A DNA stretch of 64,000 nt from Bacteroidota bacterium (lineage in GTDB: Bacteria; Bacteroidota; Bacteroidia; Bacteroidales; PUMT01), in the NCBI GenBank assembly GCA_003554865.1, contig PWHJ01000001.1, positions 14,046 through 78,045 of the forward strand, given 5' to 3'. The notes beneath the pieces were generated by a model that saw only the letters and a list, made by a program, of their open reading frames with translations, made no database searches and was not told where the DNA came from. Made by a program: the position numbers and the translations under genes. The first letter of the stretch is position 1, and every line of letters starts with the position of its first letter. Shown piece by piece: positions 49,908 to 59,228 of this stretch.

Positions 49908-51110
49908 TTATATGTTCAGTTTCTTTTTAACCTGCGCCATGGCTTGATCCAGGTCAGCAATTAAATGCTCAGCCTCTTCTATGCCTGCGGAAAGTCTGAC
50001 CTGGCCTTCAGCAATACCTGCAGCCTCTCTTTCTGTACGGGAAAGTGCGGCGTGGCTCATGGAAGGAGAGTGCTGGATCAGTGAGTCAACACAACCCAGG
50101 GATGTGGCAAGGCTTATAAGTTCAACACTGTTTATAAGTGCTTTACCTGCTTCAAACCCACCTTTAACGTTAAAGCTCATCATCCCGCCGAAATCTTTCA
50201 TTTGTATTTTTGCAAGCTCATGTTGAGGGTGAGATTCACATCCTGGGTATAAAACTTTTTCCACCATCTCATGTTCTTCCAGAAAATCAGCGATTTTACG
50301 GGCATTTGCACAGTGGATTTCCATCCTTGCACCCAGTGTTTTAATACCTTTGGAGATTTCAGAAGCATCCATGGGAGAGATAACGCCACCAATCCATTCC
50401 ATATATGGTTTTCTGATATTGTCAATTAACTTTTTCGAACCTGCAATGATGCCGCCAAGAACATCGCCATGCCCGTTAAGATATTTTGTGGCACTATGTA
50501 AAACAATGTCGGCACCAAGCTCCAAAGGCCTTTGCAGGTAAGGAGTTGCGTAGGTGCTGTCAACAAACAGCAGTGCCCCCCTTGTATGGGCAATTTCAGC
50601 CACTGCCTTGATATCTGTTATTCTCAAAACAGGGTTACATGGAGTTTCAATGTAAACCACTTTTGTGTTTGATTTCATGGCCTTTTTAACGGATTCTGTT
50701 TCAGCAGTGTTTACCATGGTTACTTCAATACTGTATTTTGGCAGGATATCTCTCACAAAACCGTAGGTACAACCGTAAATGATATCACCCGCAACAAGGT
50801 GGTCTCCCTTCTTCAGATTTGCAAAAAGCGCCGTTGTTATGGCCGACATACCTGAAGCAGCGGCAAGTGAAGCTTCAGCGTTTTCAAGTGCGGCAACCTT
50901 TTTCTGAAGTGCATCCACGGTCGGATTACCAAACCGGCCGTATGCATAACCCTCTTCTTCACCGTACCCAAGTCTGATAGCTCTTTCCACATTTTCAATA
51001 ACAAATGTTGATGTACGATAGACCGGTGCTATATGAGCACCGGTTTCCGGACAATGCTGGCTTCCGGCATGGATAGCTCTTGCGTTAAATGATAATTTTT
51101 TTTTATCCAT
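49908..51110 (-). CDS. megL: Methionine gamma-lyase (Cys/Met metabolism PLP enzyme)
   Basis: YGR.GNPT, SGMSA, YGCT (Cys typical of MGL), ETP.NP and HSATKYLNGHGD. Confidence 0.8.
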   Translation of the reverse strand: MDKKKLSFNARAIHAGSQHCPETGAHIAPVYRTSTFVIENVERAIRLGYGEEEGYAYGRFGNPTVDALQKKVAALENAEASLAAASGMSAITTALFANLKKGDHLVAGDIIYGCTYGFVRDILPKYSIEVTMVNTAETESVKKAMKSNTKVVYIETPCNPVLRITDIKAVAEIAHTRGALLFVDSTYATPYLQRPLELGADIVLHSATKYLNGHGDVLGGIIAGSKKLIDNIRKPYMEWIGGVISPMDASEISKGIKTLGARMEIHCANARKIADFLEEHEMVEKVLYPGCESHPQHELAKIQMKDFGGMMSFNVKGGFEAGKALINSVELISLATSLGCVDSLIQHSPSMSHAALSRTEREAAGIAEGQVRLSAGIEEAEHLIADLDQAMAQVKKKLNI

Positions 51111-51133
51111 AAAAAAATTAAGCGGTATATCAG

Positions 51134-52039
51134 TCAGTTTTTCTTTTTACGTGAAAAAATGCCGAGCGGATCTACAAAAGTTTTAACCAACCTTCTTTTC
51201 TTTTTGGGATCCGAGGGAATCATTGTCATTACAGGTATATCAGAGCGGTTGATGATCTCGTGTGCAAACGTTCCGATGTAATATTCGCGGAAGCTGGCTT
51301 CCTGGTGGGTCATTACCATAATAAGGTCTGCATTTATCTCACTTGCGTAATCCAATATTACCTGGTAATCGGGTTTGCCGCTTTTTTCAAAAAGTTTGAT
51401 ATTGCAAGGCACCCCGTTTTCCTGTATCATTTCCCGTGCCTTTTTCATTTTAGCATAAATGCGGCTCTGGGATTTTGCTATCCCCCCTGTCAGAACAGAG
51501 ACCATCCATATAGCCGAGTTGTAGTAGAGTCCGAATGAGACTGCATTGAAAACTTTTTCCCTTGTCTTTTTTGTAAGATCAAGCGGGAGTACAATGTTTT
51601 TTACTCCCAGGTTGTGCTCTTTTCCCTTTACTGTTATCACCGGACAGCTTGAGCGGCTTATAACCTGATTGGTATTGGCTCCTATGTATCTTTGAAGCTT
51701 TGCGTCGGCATCATTTTTTCCCATTATGATGAACCGCGCATTGAGCTCTTGCGCCTTTTCAAGTATTTTTTGGGAAACCTTGCCTGTTTCTATTATTACA
51801 GAAACCTTCAGTCCGGATCTCGACATTGTATCTTCTGCCAGGTGGTCAAGTCTTTCCCCTGCCAGCCGCCGCAATTTCTCAAGCCTTCCCTCTCTTCTGA
51901 CAAGGGCTGATATTATGCCTGTTTCAATTATAAAAATTATTACAATTTCCGTCTTCATAAACCTGGCCACACTGATGGTCTGATCAAGGGCAATAAGCGA
52001 CTGGTTGCGAAAATCAACGGGGACAAGAATTTTATTCAT
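51134..52039 (-). CDS. Universal stress protein, tandem Usp domains
   Basis: KILVPVDF, IIMG, IGANT..V...CPVITV; second domain ending IGTFA...PV. Confidence 0.88.
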   Translation of the reverse strand: MNKILVPVDFRNQSLIALDQTISVARFMKTEIVIIFIIETGIISALVRREGRLEKLRRLAGERLDHLAEDTMSRSGLKVSVIIETGKVSQKILEKAQELNARFIIMGKNDADAKLQRYIGANTNQVISRSSCPVITVKGKEHNLGVKNIVLPLDLTKKTREKVFNAVSFGLYYNSAIWMVSVLTGGIAKSQSRIYAKMKKAREMIQENGVPCNIKLFEKSGKPDYQVILDYASEINADLIMVMTHQEASFREYYIGTFAHEIINRSDIPVMTMIPSDPKKKRRLVKTFVDPLGIFSRKKKN

Positions 52040-52271
52040 TTAGGGATGCGTTGTTGAAAAACAATTGACATTATGCAAAAATAGCATTATTTTTTTCTCT
52101 TCAAACTTTTGGGATTTACATTTACCGTTCCCCGGCATTCGAAATTACAATTATGAAGGCATTAATTTCATTGATTTTCGGTAATCTGGCTTAAGCTGTG
52201 GTCCTGCAGCAAACCTACACTTTTAAGCCAGTCTCACGGTTAATCAATGCAAGGTAATAGCCGACTGTGTT

Positions 52272-53603
52272 TTACCCTCTTGCGAGCAACTGTTTTAATG
52301 CTTTATTGACCTTTTCAAAAGGGAATGTATCTACAATTCCGTTCATTCTTTCTGCAACTTTATCATTGCAAAGATTCCCGATGCTTCCCTGGTGTGTGTG
52401 GCGGATTTGCCGTGAAGGGGCGAATTTCCCCTCTCTTATTTGTGAGGCCACGGATCGGTAGGCATCGCGAAAAGCAGCTCCCTTTAACACCTGTTTGTTT
52501 ACCTCCTCTACACTGAAAAACAACTCATTGTTTTCAAGCTTGTAAATATCTTTTTCAGGTTTTATATTTTGAAGCATTTTTATAGAGATCTCCATGCATG
52601 AGTTGAGCTTTTCAAATGCCGGCAGAAGTGTTTCCTTGATAACCTGAAAATCCCGGTGGTATCCGCTAATCAGGTTATTGGCCACTAAGCTGCATTCATT
52701 GGGTATTGCCTGCAGCTGGTTGCATTTGGCTCTGATTATTTCCAGTGCATCCGGGTTCTTTTTGTGAGGCATTATGCTTGAGCCGGTTGTAAGCTCCTCA
52801 GGAAATGACACTATATTATTGCTTATATAAAAGCAAATGTCGTTTGACATGCGTACAAGGGTTGATGCAACATTTGAAAGGGCAAATGCTGCAGAGCGTT
52901 CCGTTTTTACCCTTCCGGATTGTGCGTTCAGCACATTATAATTCAGGTCATCAAACCCTAAAAGGCGGGTTGTCATTTCCCTGTCAAGGGGAAAAGAAGA
53001 ACCGTAGCCTGCACCGGAGCCCAGTGGATTGAGGTTTGCAAGAGTGAATGCGTACCTTAATGCAAACATGTCTTCTGTTAAACTCTCCGCATATGAGCCC
53101 ATAAGGAGTCCCAGTGAAGAAGGCATAGCCGGCTGTGTGTGGGTATAGCCGGGAATAATGAAATCTTTGTGCTTCTCGCTTAAATTGGTTAAAAGCCTGA
53201 AAAGATCAACTGTTTTATTTACAGTCTCCTCTATTTTTGCTCTTATAAAAAGTTTAATATCAAGGGCAACCTGATCGTTCCGCGATCTTCCCGTATGAAT
53301 TTTTTTGCCTGTATCGCCAAGCCTTCGGGTTAATAAAATTTCAATTTGGGAATGCACATCTTCAACATCCGTTTCAATTTCAAAACTTCCTTTTTCAATA
53401 GTCTCATATATTGAAAGCAGCTCCCTTTTCAGTGAATCATGTTCATCTGCTGAGAGCAGGTTGATTTTGTGCAGCATTTTTATGTGGGCCAGCGAACCTG
53501 CCACATCAAAAGGGGCAAGCAGCAGGTCCATTTCCCTGTCGCTACCGGCAGTGAACTCTCCTGTTTGGGAGTCGGAGGCGCAACCCTTTTCCCATAGCTT
53601 CAT
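52272..53603 (-). CDS. argH: Argininosuccinate lyase (Bacteroidota short type)
   Basis: MKLW.KG start at 53603 (alternative in-frame ATG at 53639); EDVHSQ, HTGRSRNDQV, PGYTH.Q.A and TGSSIMPHKKNPD. Confidence 0.95.
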   Translation of the reverse strand: MKLWEKGCASDSQTGEFTAGSDREMDLLLAPFDVAGSLAHIKMLHKINLLSADEHDSLKRELLSIYETIEKGSFEIETDVEDVHSQIEILLTRRLGDTGKKIHTGRSRNDQVALDIKLFIRAKIEETVNKTVDLFRLLTNLSEKHKDFIIPGYTHTQPAMPSSLGLLMGSYAESLTEDMFALRYAFTLANLNPLGSGAGYGSSFPLDREMTTRLLGFDDLNYNVLNAQSGRVKTERSAAFALSNVASTLVRMSNDICFYISNNIVSFPEELTTGSSIMPHKKNPDALEIIRAKCNQLQAIPNECSLVANNLISGYHRDFQVIKETLLPAFEKLNSCMEISIKMLQNIKPEKDIYKLENNELFFSVEEVNKQVLKGAAFRDAYRSVASQIREGKFAPSRQIRHTHQGSIGNLCNDKVAERMNGIVDTFPFEKVNKALKQLLARG

Positions 53604-53779
53604 CTTATTTTGTCTGTCCCAGTCTGATGCGGGTTTCATCTTTTATAAAGTGTGTTTAATTATGTGTTTAGCAGTATTTTATAATTATGCTTTAGGATAT
53701 TCAGTGTTTCAATTCCGATGGAACCCGCATGGTTTGTTCATCTTATTTTGTCTGTCCCAGTCTGATGCGGGTTTCATCT
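53599..53779. repeat. 43-bp exact direct repeat (53599-53641 and 53737-53779) with an internal 14-nt inverted copy
   Basis: TTCATCTTATTTTGTCTGTCCCAGTCTGATGCGGGTTTCATCT occurs twice, 138 bp apart; GATGGAACCCGCAT (53717-53730) is a 13/14 reverse complement of part of it. Confidence 0.9.
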
Positions 53780-53785
53780 GTATAT

Positions 53786-55054
53786 TTATTTTTTTGCAGC
53801 ATTTTTACAATTGTTTTCCCCGTTCATTTCCCTTCTTCGGGTGATGGCACTGTGGGCCATGAGCCTTATTGCGTTGATTCTTATAAAGCCTTCACTGTCT
53901 TTCTGGTCAAACCCCCCTTCAATGTCCATGCTGGAGAGTTTTTCATTGTAAAGTGAGCTTGGAGAGGTTCTTCCCCTGATCATAACATTACCTTTGTACA
54001 GGGAAAGATATACTTTTCCATCTATAAGTTCCTGGCTTTTGCCGATGGATGCCATTAAAAACTCCATTTCCGGACTAAACCAGAAACCATTATAAACCAG
54101 TTCGGCGAACTGAGGGGAAAGCATATCTCTGAGTCTCATCACCTCCTTGTCCATTGCTATGCCTTCAATATCCAGATGTGCAAAGTGGAGAATGGTGCCT
54201 CCCGGGGTTTCGTAAACACCCCTTGATTTTATTCCCACATAACGGTTCTCAACCATATCAAGCATGCCTATGCCGTTTTTACGGCCAAGATCATTGAGGT
54301 AAACAAACAGATCCAGGGGGTCTGTTTTTACTGTATTGTCGGTTGGGTTGAAAATTTTAACCGGAATCCCGTCTTTAAAGTGGATCTCAATATTTGTTTC
54401 ACGGTCGGGAGCATTCTGGGGCGGTGTTATTTTTGAGAGCATTCTGCTTTCAGAAGGGTATGACGGATCTTCAAGAATACCCGCTTCATGACTTATATGC
54501 ATCAGGTTGTCATCTTCGCTGAAAGGTTTTTCGGTTGAAGCTTTAACGTGTATACCGTGCTTTTTTGCATACCTGAGCATATCGGGTCTTCCCTTGAATT
54601 CATCCAGAAACTGCTGTTGTTTCCAGGGGGCAAAAACTTTTATTGACGGATCAAGTGCATAATATGCCAGTTCAAACCTCACCTGGTCGTTGCCTTTTCC
54701 TGTTGCCCCGTGAGAAACATATTTAGCGTTCTCAACTGAGGCAATCTCGATCTGGCGTTTGGCGATCACCGGTCTGGAGAGGGCCGACCCCAGCAGGTAC
54801 CTGCTTTCGTAAACGGCGTTTGCCTGTATTGCAGGGAATATATAACCGGTTACAAATTCATGTTTAAGATCTTCAACATAAACTTTTGAAGCTCCTATTG
54901 CAAGGGCTTTTTCCCTTGCACCATCCAGGTCTTCATCCTGTCCTACATCTGCTATATAAGCAATAACCTCAAAATTTTGTTCAATTAACCATTTTAAAAT
55001 TATGGAAGTATCCAGTCCACCACTATAAGCCAATACAATCTTCTCTTTCTGCAT
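53786..55054 (-). CDS. argG: Argininosuccinate synthase
   Basis: [24 protein letters not shown] and ENRYVG.KSRG.YETPG. Confidence 0.97.
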   Translation of the reverse strand: MQKEKIVLAYSGGLDTSIILKWLIEQNFEVIAYIADVGQDEDLDGAREKALAIGASKVYVEDLKHEFVTGYIFPAIQANAVYESRYLLGSALSRPVIAKRQIEIASVENAKYVSHGATGKGNDQVRFELAYYALDPSIKVFAPWKQQQFLDEFKGRPDMLRYAKKHGIHVKASTEKPFSEDDNLMHISHEAGILEDPSYPSESRMLSKITPPQNAPDRETNIEIHFKDGIPVKIFNPTDNTVKTDPLDLFVYLNDLGRKNGIGMLDMVENRYVGIKSRGVYETPGGTILHFAHLDIEGIAMDKEVMRLRDMLSPQFAELVYNGFWFSPEMEFLMASIGKSQELIDGKVYLSLYKGNVMIRGRTSPSSLYNEKLSSMDIEGGFDQKDSEGFIRINAIRLMAHSAITRRREMNGENNCKNAAKK

Positions 55055-55121
55055 TTGTAATAAATTCAGTTTAAATCAGTGAATAATTCAATTTGTTTAA
55101 GGTATAAAAATGAACGGTGAT

Positions 55122-55604
55122 TCAGTTTTCAAGCCTGCCTGCAAGATCGGGCTCCATTTCTGCAAGTGCGTTGACAATATCTCTCCTTGTGGCTCCTTCG
55201 GAAGGGATTACCAGTATAGTATCATCACCTGCTATTGTACCCAGTATTTCGTGTCTGTTTTGTTTGTCAATAAACAGTGCTATGCCGCTTGCATAACCCG
55301 GCAATGTTTTTATAACGCCAAAATTGCTAGAAAAGCCTATTGAAATAAAACCGCTTAAAAGAGTGCTGTTTTCGCTGCCGGATATTTCAAGTTCGGGATC
55401 TTTTTGGGAAAGCACATATATGTACCCCCTTCTGGCGTCAGGTATGCGGGCGGCCCCCAGGCGTTTCAAATCTCTCGACAATGTTGCCTGTGTTATGGAA
55501 AAGCCTTCACGGTTTAATTTTAAAAGCAATTCATCCTGATTTACTATCCTCTCGCGTGCAATAAGCTTTTTTATGGCTAGCAGCCGCTCTTTCTTTTGGT
55601 TCAT
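55122..55604 (-). CDS. argR: Arginine repressor
   Basis: Q..L, TQATLSRDL, KT.PG.A and GTIAGDDT. Confidence 0.95.
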   Translation of the reverse strand: MNQKKERLLAIKKLIARERIVNQDELLLKLNREGFSITQATLSRDLKRLGAARIPDARRGYIYVLSQKDPELEISGSENSTLLSGFISIGFSSNFGVIKTLPGYASGIALFIDKQNRHEILGTIAGDDTILVIPSEGATRRDIVNALAEMEPDLAGRLEN

Positions 55605-55638
55605 AAGACAATGAGTTTTATGTTATCCGAAAAACCAC

Positions 55639-55677
55639 AGTGCATAATTATACATATAGAGCGCAAATTTATGCAAA
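55639..55677. promoter_or_regulatory. Tandem ARG boxes overlapping the argR-argG-argH promoter
   Basis: TGCATAATTATACA (55641-55654) and CGCAAATTTATGCA (55662-55675) start 21 bp apart; the second contains TAAATTTG on the minus strand. Confidence 0.75.
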
Positions 55678-55770
55678 TTTTTTTAATAAAAAAATTATGG
55701 TTATTAAAATAATTATTGCTATGTTGACATGCAATAAACCAGTTATTGTCTTATACAAAAAACTTTTAAA

Positions 55771-57897
55771 ATGAGAAGATCACATTTTATTTTCCTTTTG
55801 GCATTCATTATGATGCAGGTTTTTAGCTATGCGCAGTATACCCCCTGGTATTACTGGACCCTTTTACCTAAGGATCAGATGGATGAGATAGTAGGGGAAG
55901 CCTCCGGTGAAACAGCCTACAGTACCATTATGGAAACAGGCGGTTACACAAGAAACAGGAAGCCCGAAGAGTACCGTACCACATTCCGTGAATCGGAATA
56001 TATATACGAGCAATTGAAATGGTACGGGGTTCCCGGGGCAAATATAGCAAGGATGCCGGCCAGAACTGACTCTACCTGGAACGGCATCAGGGGAGATTTA
56101 TGGGAGGTTTCGCCGGAACGCCGCAAATGGATATCATACACTGACAATGTTTTCCAGTTAACTCAGGGGAGCAACTGTGCTGATGTGGTGGCAGAACTGG
56201 TATGGGTTGGCAGCGGTTCTTCGGAGGAGGTAAGGGAGGCCTCTGTTGACGGCAAAATTGCAGTAGGGCACGGCCATGTTACCTCAATTCACAATAATGC
56301 CGTAAGTGAAGGTGCTGTTGGGGTTGTGGCCATAAGCACATCTAGGAACTATATTGATCCCCTGCAGATACCGGAAGGCAGAGTAAGAGATTTTACCTGC
56401 CCCGAAACGGATGAGGAGATTGAGGCAAAATTTGCTTTTCAGATGAACATTCGTGAAGGTCGGCATCTGAGGGACAGGCTGAAAAGAGGAGAGAAAATTG
56501 TTGCACATGCAGAGGTTGAGACAAGCTATGAGCCAAATGAGCTGCAAAATGTAGAGGCCCATATACCCGGGAAAAATCCCGATGAGACGGCAGTAATATT
56601 TTCCGCACACATTTTCGAGGGCCTTGTAAAACAGGGAGCCAATGATAACAAATCAGGAGGTGCCGCCATACTGGAAGTTGCAAGGGTGCTGAACACTCTC
56701 ATTGAGGAAGGCAGGCTTCCAAGGCCCGAACGGACCATCAAGTTCTGGTGGGGACCGGAGTTTGCCGGCTCAAGGCCCTGGGTAGCTGAAAACTTTGAGG
56801 ATATAAAAGACGCCTACTCCAATATCAATATGGATATGGTTGGCGAATGGCTCAGTCTTCATAATGCCTACTTCTGCCTTATGAGAACTACCTTCGGAAA
56901 TTCACACTATATAAACGATGTTCTCGAAAATTACTACAGGTTTGTTGGGGAAGGCAACAGGGAAAGAATACAAAACAGAAGGGATTTTGACAAGGTGCCT
57001 CACAGGATAGTAGCCCCCTTTGGAGCAGAAGAGCCCTTTCACTACAGTATAGAAACTCACTACGGTGCATCCGATCATGTTGTGTTCAACGATTTCGGAG
57101 TTCAGATCCCCGGTGTTATGATGATTGCCTGGCCCGATCTGTGGTATCATACATCCGGAGATTTGGTTGACAAGGCTGATCCCACACAACTTAAGAGAGT
57201 TGTTGCCATAGGTGCGGCTGCTGCATATACAATTGCAAATGCAGATGATGATATGGCACACAAAATTGCGGGGGAGATCTCCAGCAATGCTACACGTCGT
57301 CTCGGACACCAGCTTGTTATTGCAATGGAGAAGATCAATAACTCATCTGCCGGTGATCTTGAGGAAAATTACAAAAAGGCGGTATCACTTCTGGAGGCTC
57401 ACGTAGCAAATGAAAAAGCCACACTGGAGTCGGTCTATGAACTTGCTTCCGAAAGAGATGCAATAAGTGATCATGTGGAAAACCTGAAGGAAACAACCGG
57501 GGGTATAGGTGAGGCTCATTTGCGTGCCCTGGAATCCCAAATGGTTTCAAAAGCAGTGAGTCTGGGAACAGAACCTGTTAAAATAAGCCTGAGCCAACTG
57601 GAAGAAGAAGCAGACGCTGTTGTTCCCGAACTTGTTCCTGAAGCTGTAAAGATGGGCCCCAACAGATTGCAGGAATATATGTCGGAAGTGCCTGAGGAGA
57701 AGATGGAAGAGTATCCCGTAAAAACCAGGATAAATACCGGTGAGGTGGCCAGACTGGTTAACGGGGAAAATTCGGTTTACATGATCAAAAAAATGATAGA
57801 TGCCCAGCAGGAAGGGACATCAGAGCTTCGCGATATTTTCAATTACATTGAAAGGCTTCGCCTGGCAGGTGTTGTTGAATTTATGCAAACCGATTAA
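55771..57897 (+). CDS. Secreted M28 family aminopeptidase (PA domain, DUF4910-like)
   Basis: Signal peptide; SAH, GANDN.SG, GPE, NMDMVG, SDH and YHTS.D. Confidence 0.82.
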   Translation: MRRSHFIFLLAFIMMQVFSYAQYTPWYYWTLLPKDQMDEIVGEASGETAYSTIMETGGYTRNRKPEEYRTTFRESEYIYEQLKWYGVPGANIARMPARTDSTWNGIRGDLWEVSPERRKWISYTDNVFQLTQGSNCADVVAELVWVGSGSSEEVREASVDGKIAVGHGHVTSIHNNAVSEGAVGVVAISTSRNYIDPLQIPEGRVRDFTCPETDEEIEAKFAFQMNIREGRHLRDRLKRGEKIVAHAEVETSYEPNELQNVEAHIPGKNPDETAVIFSAHIFEGLVKQGANDNKSGGAAILEVARVLNTLIEEGRLPRPERTIKFWWGPEFAGSRPWVAENFEDIKDAYSNINMDMVGEWLSLHNAYFCLMRTTFGNSHYINDVLENYYRFVGEGNRERIQNRRDFDKVPHRIVAPFGAEEPFHYSIETHYGASDHVVFNDFGVQIPGVMMIAWPDLWYHTSGDLVDKADPTQLKRVVAIGAAAAYTIANADDDMAHKIAGEISSNATRRLGHQLVIAMEKINNSSAGDLEENYKKAVSLLEAHVANEKATLESVYELASERDAISDHVENLKETTGGIGEAHLRALESQMVSKAVSLGTEPVKISLSQLEEEADAVVPELVPEAVKMGPNRLQEYMSEVPEEKMEEYPVKTRINTGEVARLVNGENSVYMIKKMIDAQQEGTSELRDIFNYIERLRLAGVVEFMQTD

Positions 57898-57929
57898 GTT
57901 TTTTGATAATTTAAGCTAACCGGTAAATT

Positions 57930-59156
57930 TCAGCAGTTCATCAGCAGCGAGCTGTCGCCGTAGCTTAAAAAACGGAACTCATTTTCGAGGGCGTACTGGT
58001 ATATCCTTTTCCAGTCGCCCCCGGTAAATGCAGCAATTAAAAGAAGAAGGGTGCTTTTTGGAAGGTGGAAATTGGTGATAAGTCCGCTTGCACTTTTGAA
58101 ACGGTACCCGGGCACTATAATGATGCGTGTTGTGGCGGTCACTTCTTTCAGACCATTTTTTTTTGCATATTTTTCAATATGCTTTAAAGCCTCCTGGTAG
58201 CTCATACTGCTTTTCATATTGTAACACTCCCACTGGCCGAGTGTGAGCTCTTCGGTGCTTTCGGCGGCGGATTCAGATAACTTCACCCCAAGCCAGTAGA
58301 GTGTTTCAAGTGTACGCAAAGAGGTGGTACCAACGGCAATGATCTTGCCGCTGTGTTTGCTGATGTTTGAGAGCACTTCGGTTTTTACCGAAAATCTCTC
58401 GGGGTGCATTTGATGGTCACTTATTTTGCCGGCTTTGACCGGCTGAAATGTTCCTGCCCCCACATGAAGAGTCACCTCTTGGGAGCAGGCCCCTTTTTCC
58501 CTTAGCTTCTCAAAGACGGCCCCGGTGAAATGAAGGCCTGCCGTGGGAGCTGCCACCGAACCTTCGTTTTTTGAGTAAACGGTTTGATATCTGACTTTGT
58601 CATCTTCTTCCGCCTTACGTTGAATATAGGGCGGGAGAGGGGTGACCCCTGTCTTTTCGATCACCTCCCCGAATGAGAGGTTCCCCTCCCAGCTGAAAAG
58701 TACTTTCTGACTATCAGCGTTTTTATCGATAAGTTCGGCATAAAGGCGGTGGGCCTTACCCCTGTGAGAAAAACTCTTTTCAAGTGCCCCTTTTTTCCAT
58801 TTTTTCAGGTTACCGCTCATACACCGCCAGGTGGTTTTTCCCTGAACTGAAAAGGCCGCTGAAAATTCCGGAGGATCTACAGGCTCCAGCAGGAATATTT
58901 CTATTCTTGCACCGGTCTCTTTTTCAAAAAAGAGCCTTGCCTGAATTACCCTTGTGTTGTTAAAAACCAGTAAGTTGTCGCGGGAAAGGTAAGAGGGCAG
59001 ATTGTAAAACCTGTCGTGGGAGATCTCCCCCTTTTTATAAATCAAAAGTTTGGATTTATCTCTCTCTTTCAGAGGATAGCGTGCTATGCGCTCCTCCGGA
59101 AGATGATAATTATAATCCTCTGGTTTTATATGTTCTGAATCCCGGCTCTCCTTCAT
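57930..59156 (-). CDS. queA: SAM:tRNA ribosyltransferase-isomerase
   Basis: PLPPYI, RYQTVY, GSVAAPTAGLHF, LHVGAGTF, NFHLPKSTLL and FLSYGD. Confidence 0.96.
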   Translation of the reverse strand: MKESRDSEHIKPEDYNYHLPEERIARYPLKERDKSKLLIYKKGEISHDRFYNLPSYLSRDNLLVFNNTRVIQARLFFEKETGARIEIFLLEPVDPPEFSAAFSVQGKTTWRCMSGNLKKWKKGALEKSFSHRGKAHRLYAELIDKNADSQKVLFSWEGNLSFGEVIEKTGVTPLPPYIQRKAEEDDKVRYQTVYSKNEGSVAAPTAGLHFTGAVFEKLREKGACSQEVTLHVGAGTFQPVKAGKISDHQMHPERFSVKTEVLSNISKHSGKIIAVGTTSLRTLETLYWLGVKLSESAAESTEELTLGQWECYNMKSSMSYQEALKHIEKYAKKNGLKEVTATTRIIIVPGYRFKSASGLITNFHLPKSTLLLLIAAFTGGDWKRIYQYALENEFRFLSYGDSSLLMNC

Positions 59157-59228
59157 ATTTCTCTTAGATTAAATCACGCAAAATTAGTTAATTTTGTATG
59201 TAATTATAATAAACAAAGGGCTAGAAAA

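Noticed and set aside
53599-53779. Repeat-spacer-repeat considered as a mini CRISPR array
   Set aside because: Only two copies, a 95-bp spacer, the repeat includes the argH start, and no cas genes are present
55080-55090. TGAATAATTCA near-palindrome between argR and argG as an ARG box
   Set aside because: Half-site spacing is 3 bp too short for TGnATwwwwATnCA and there is no partner box
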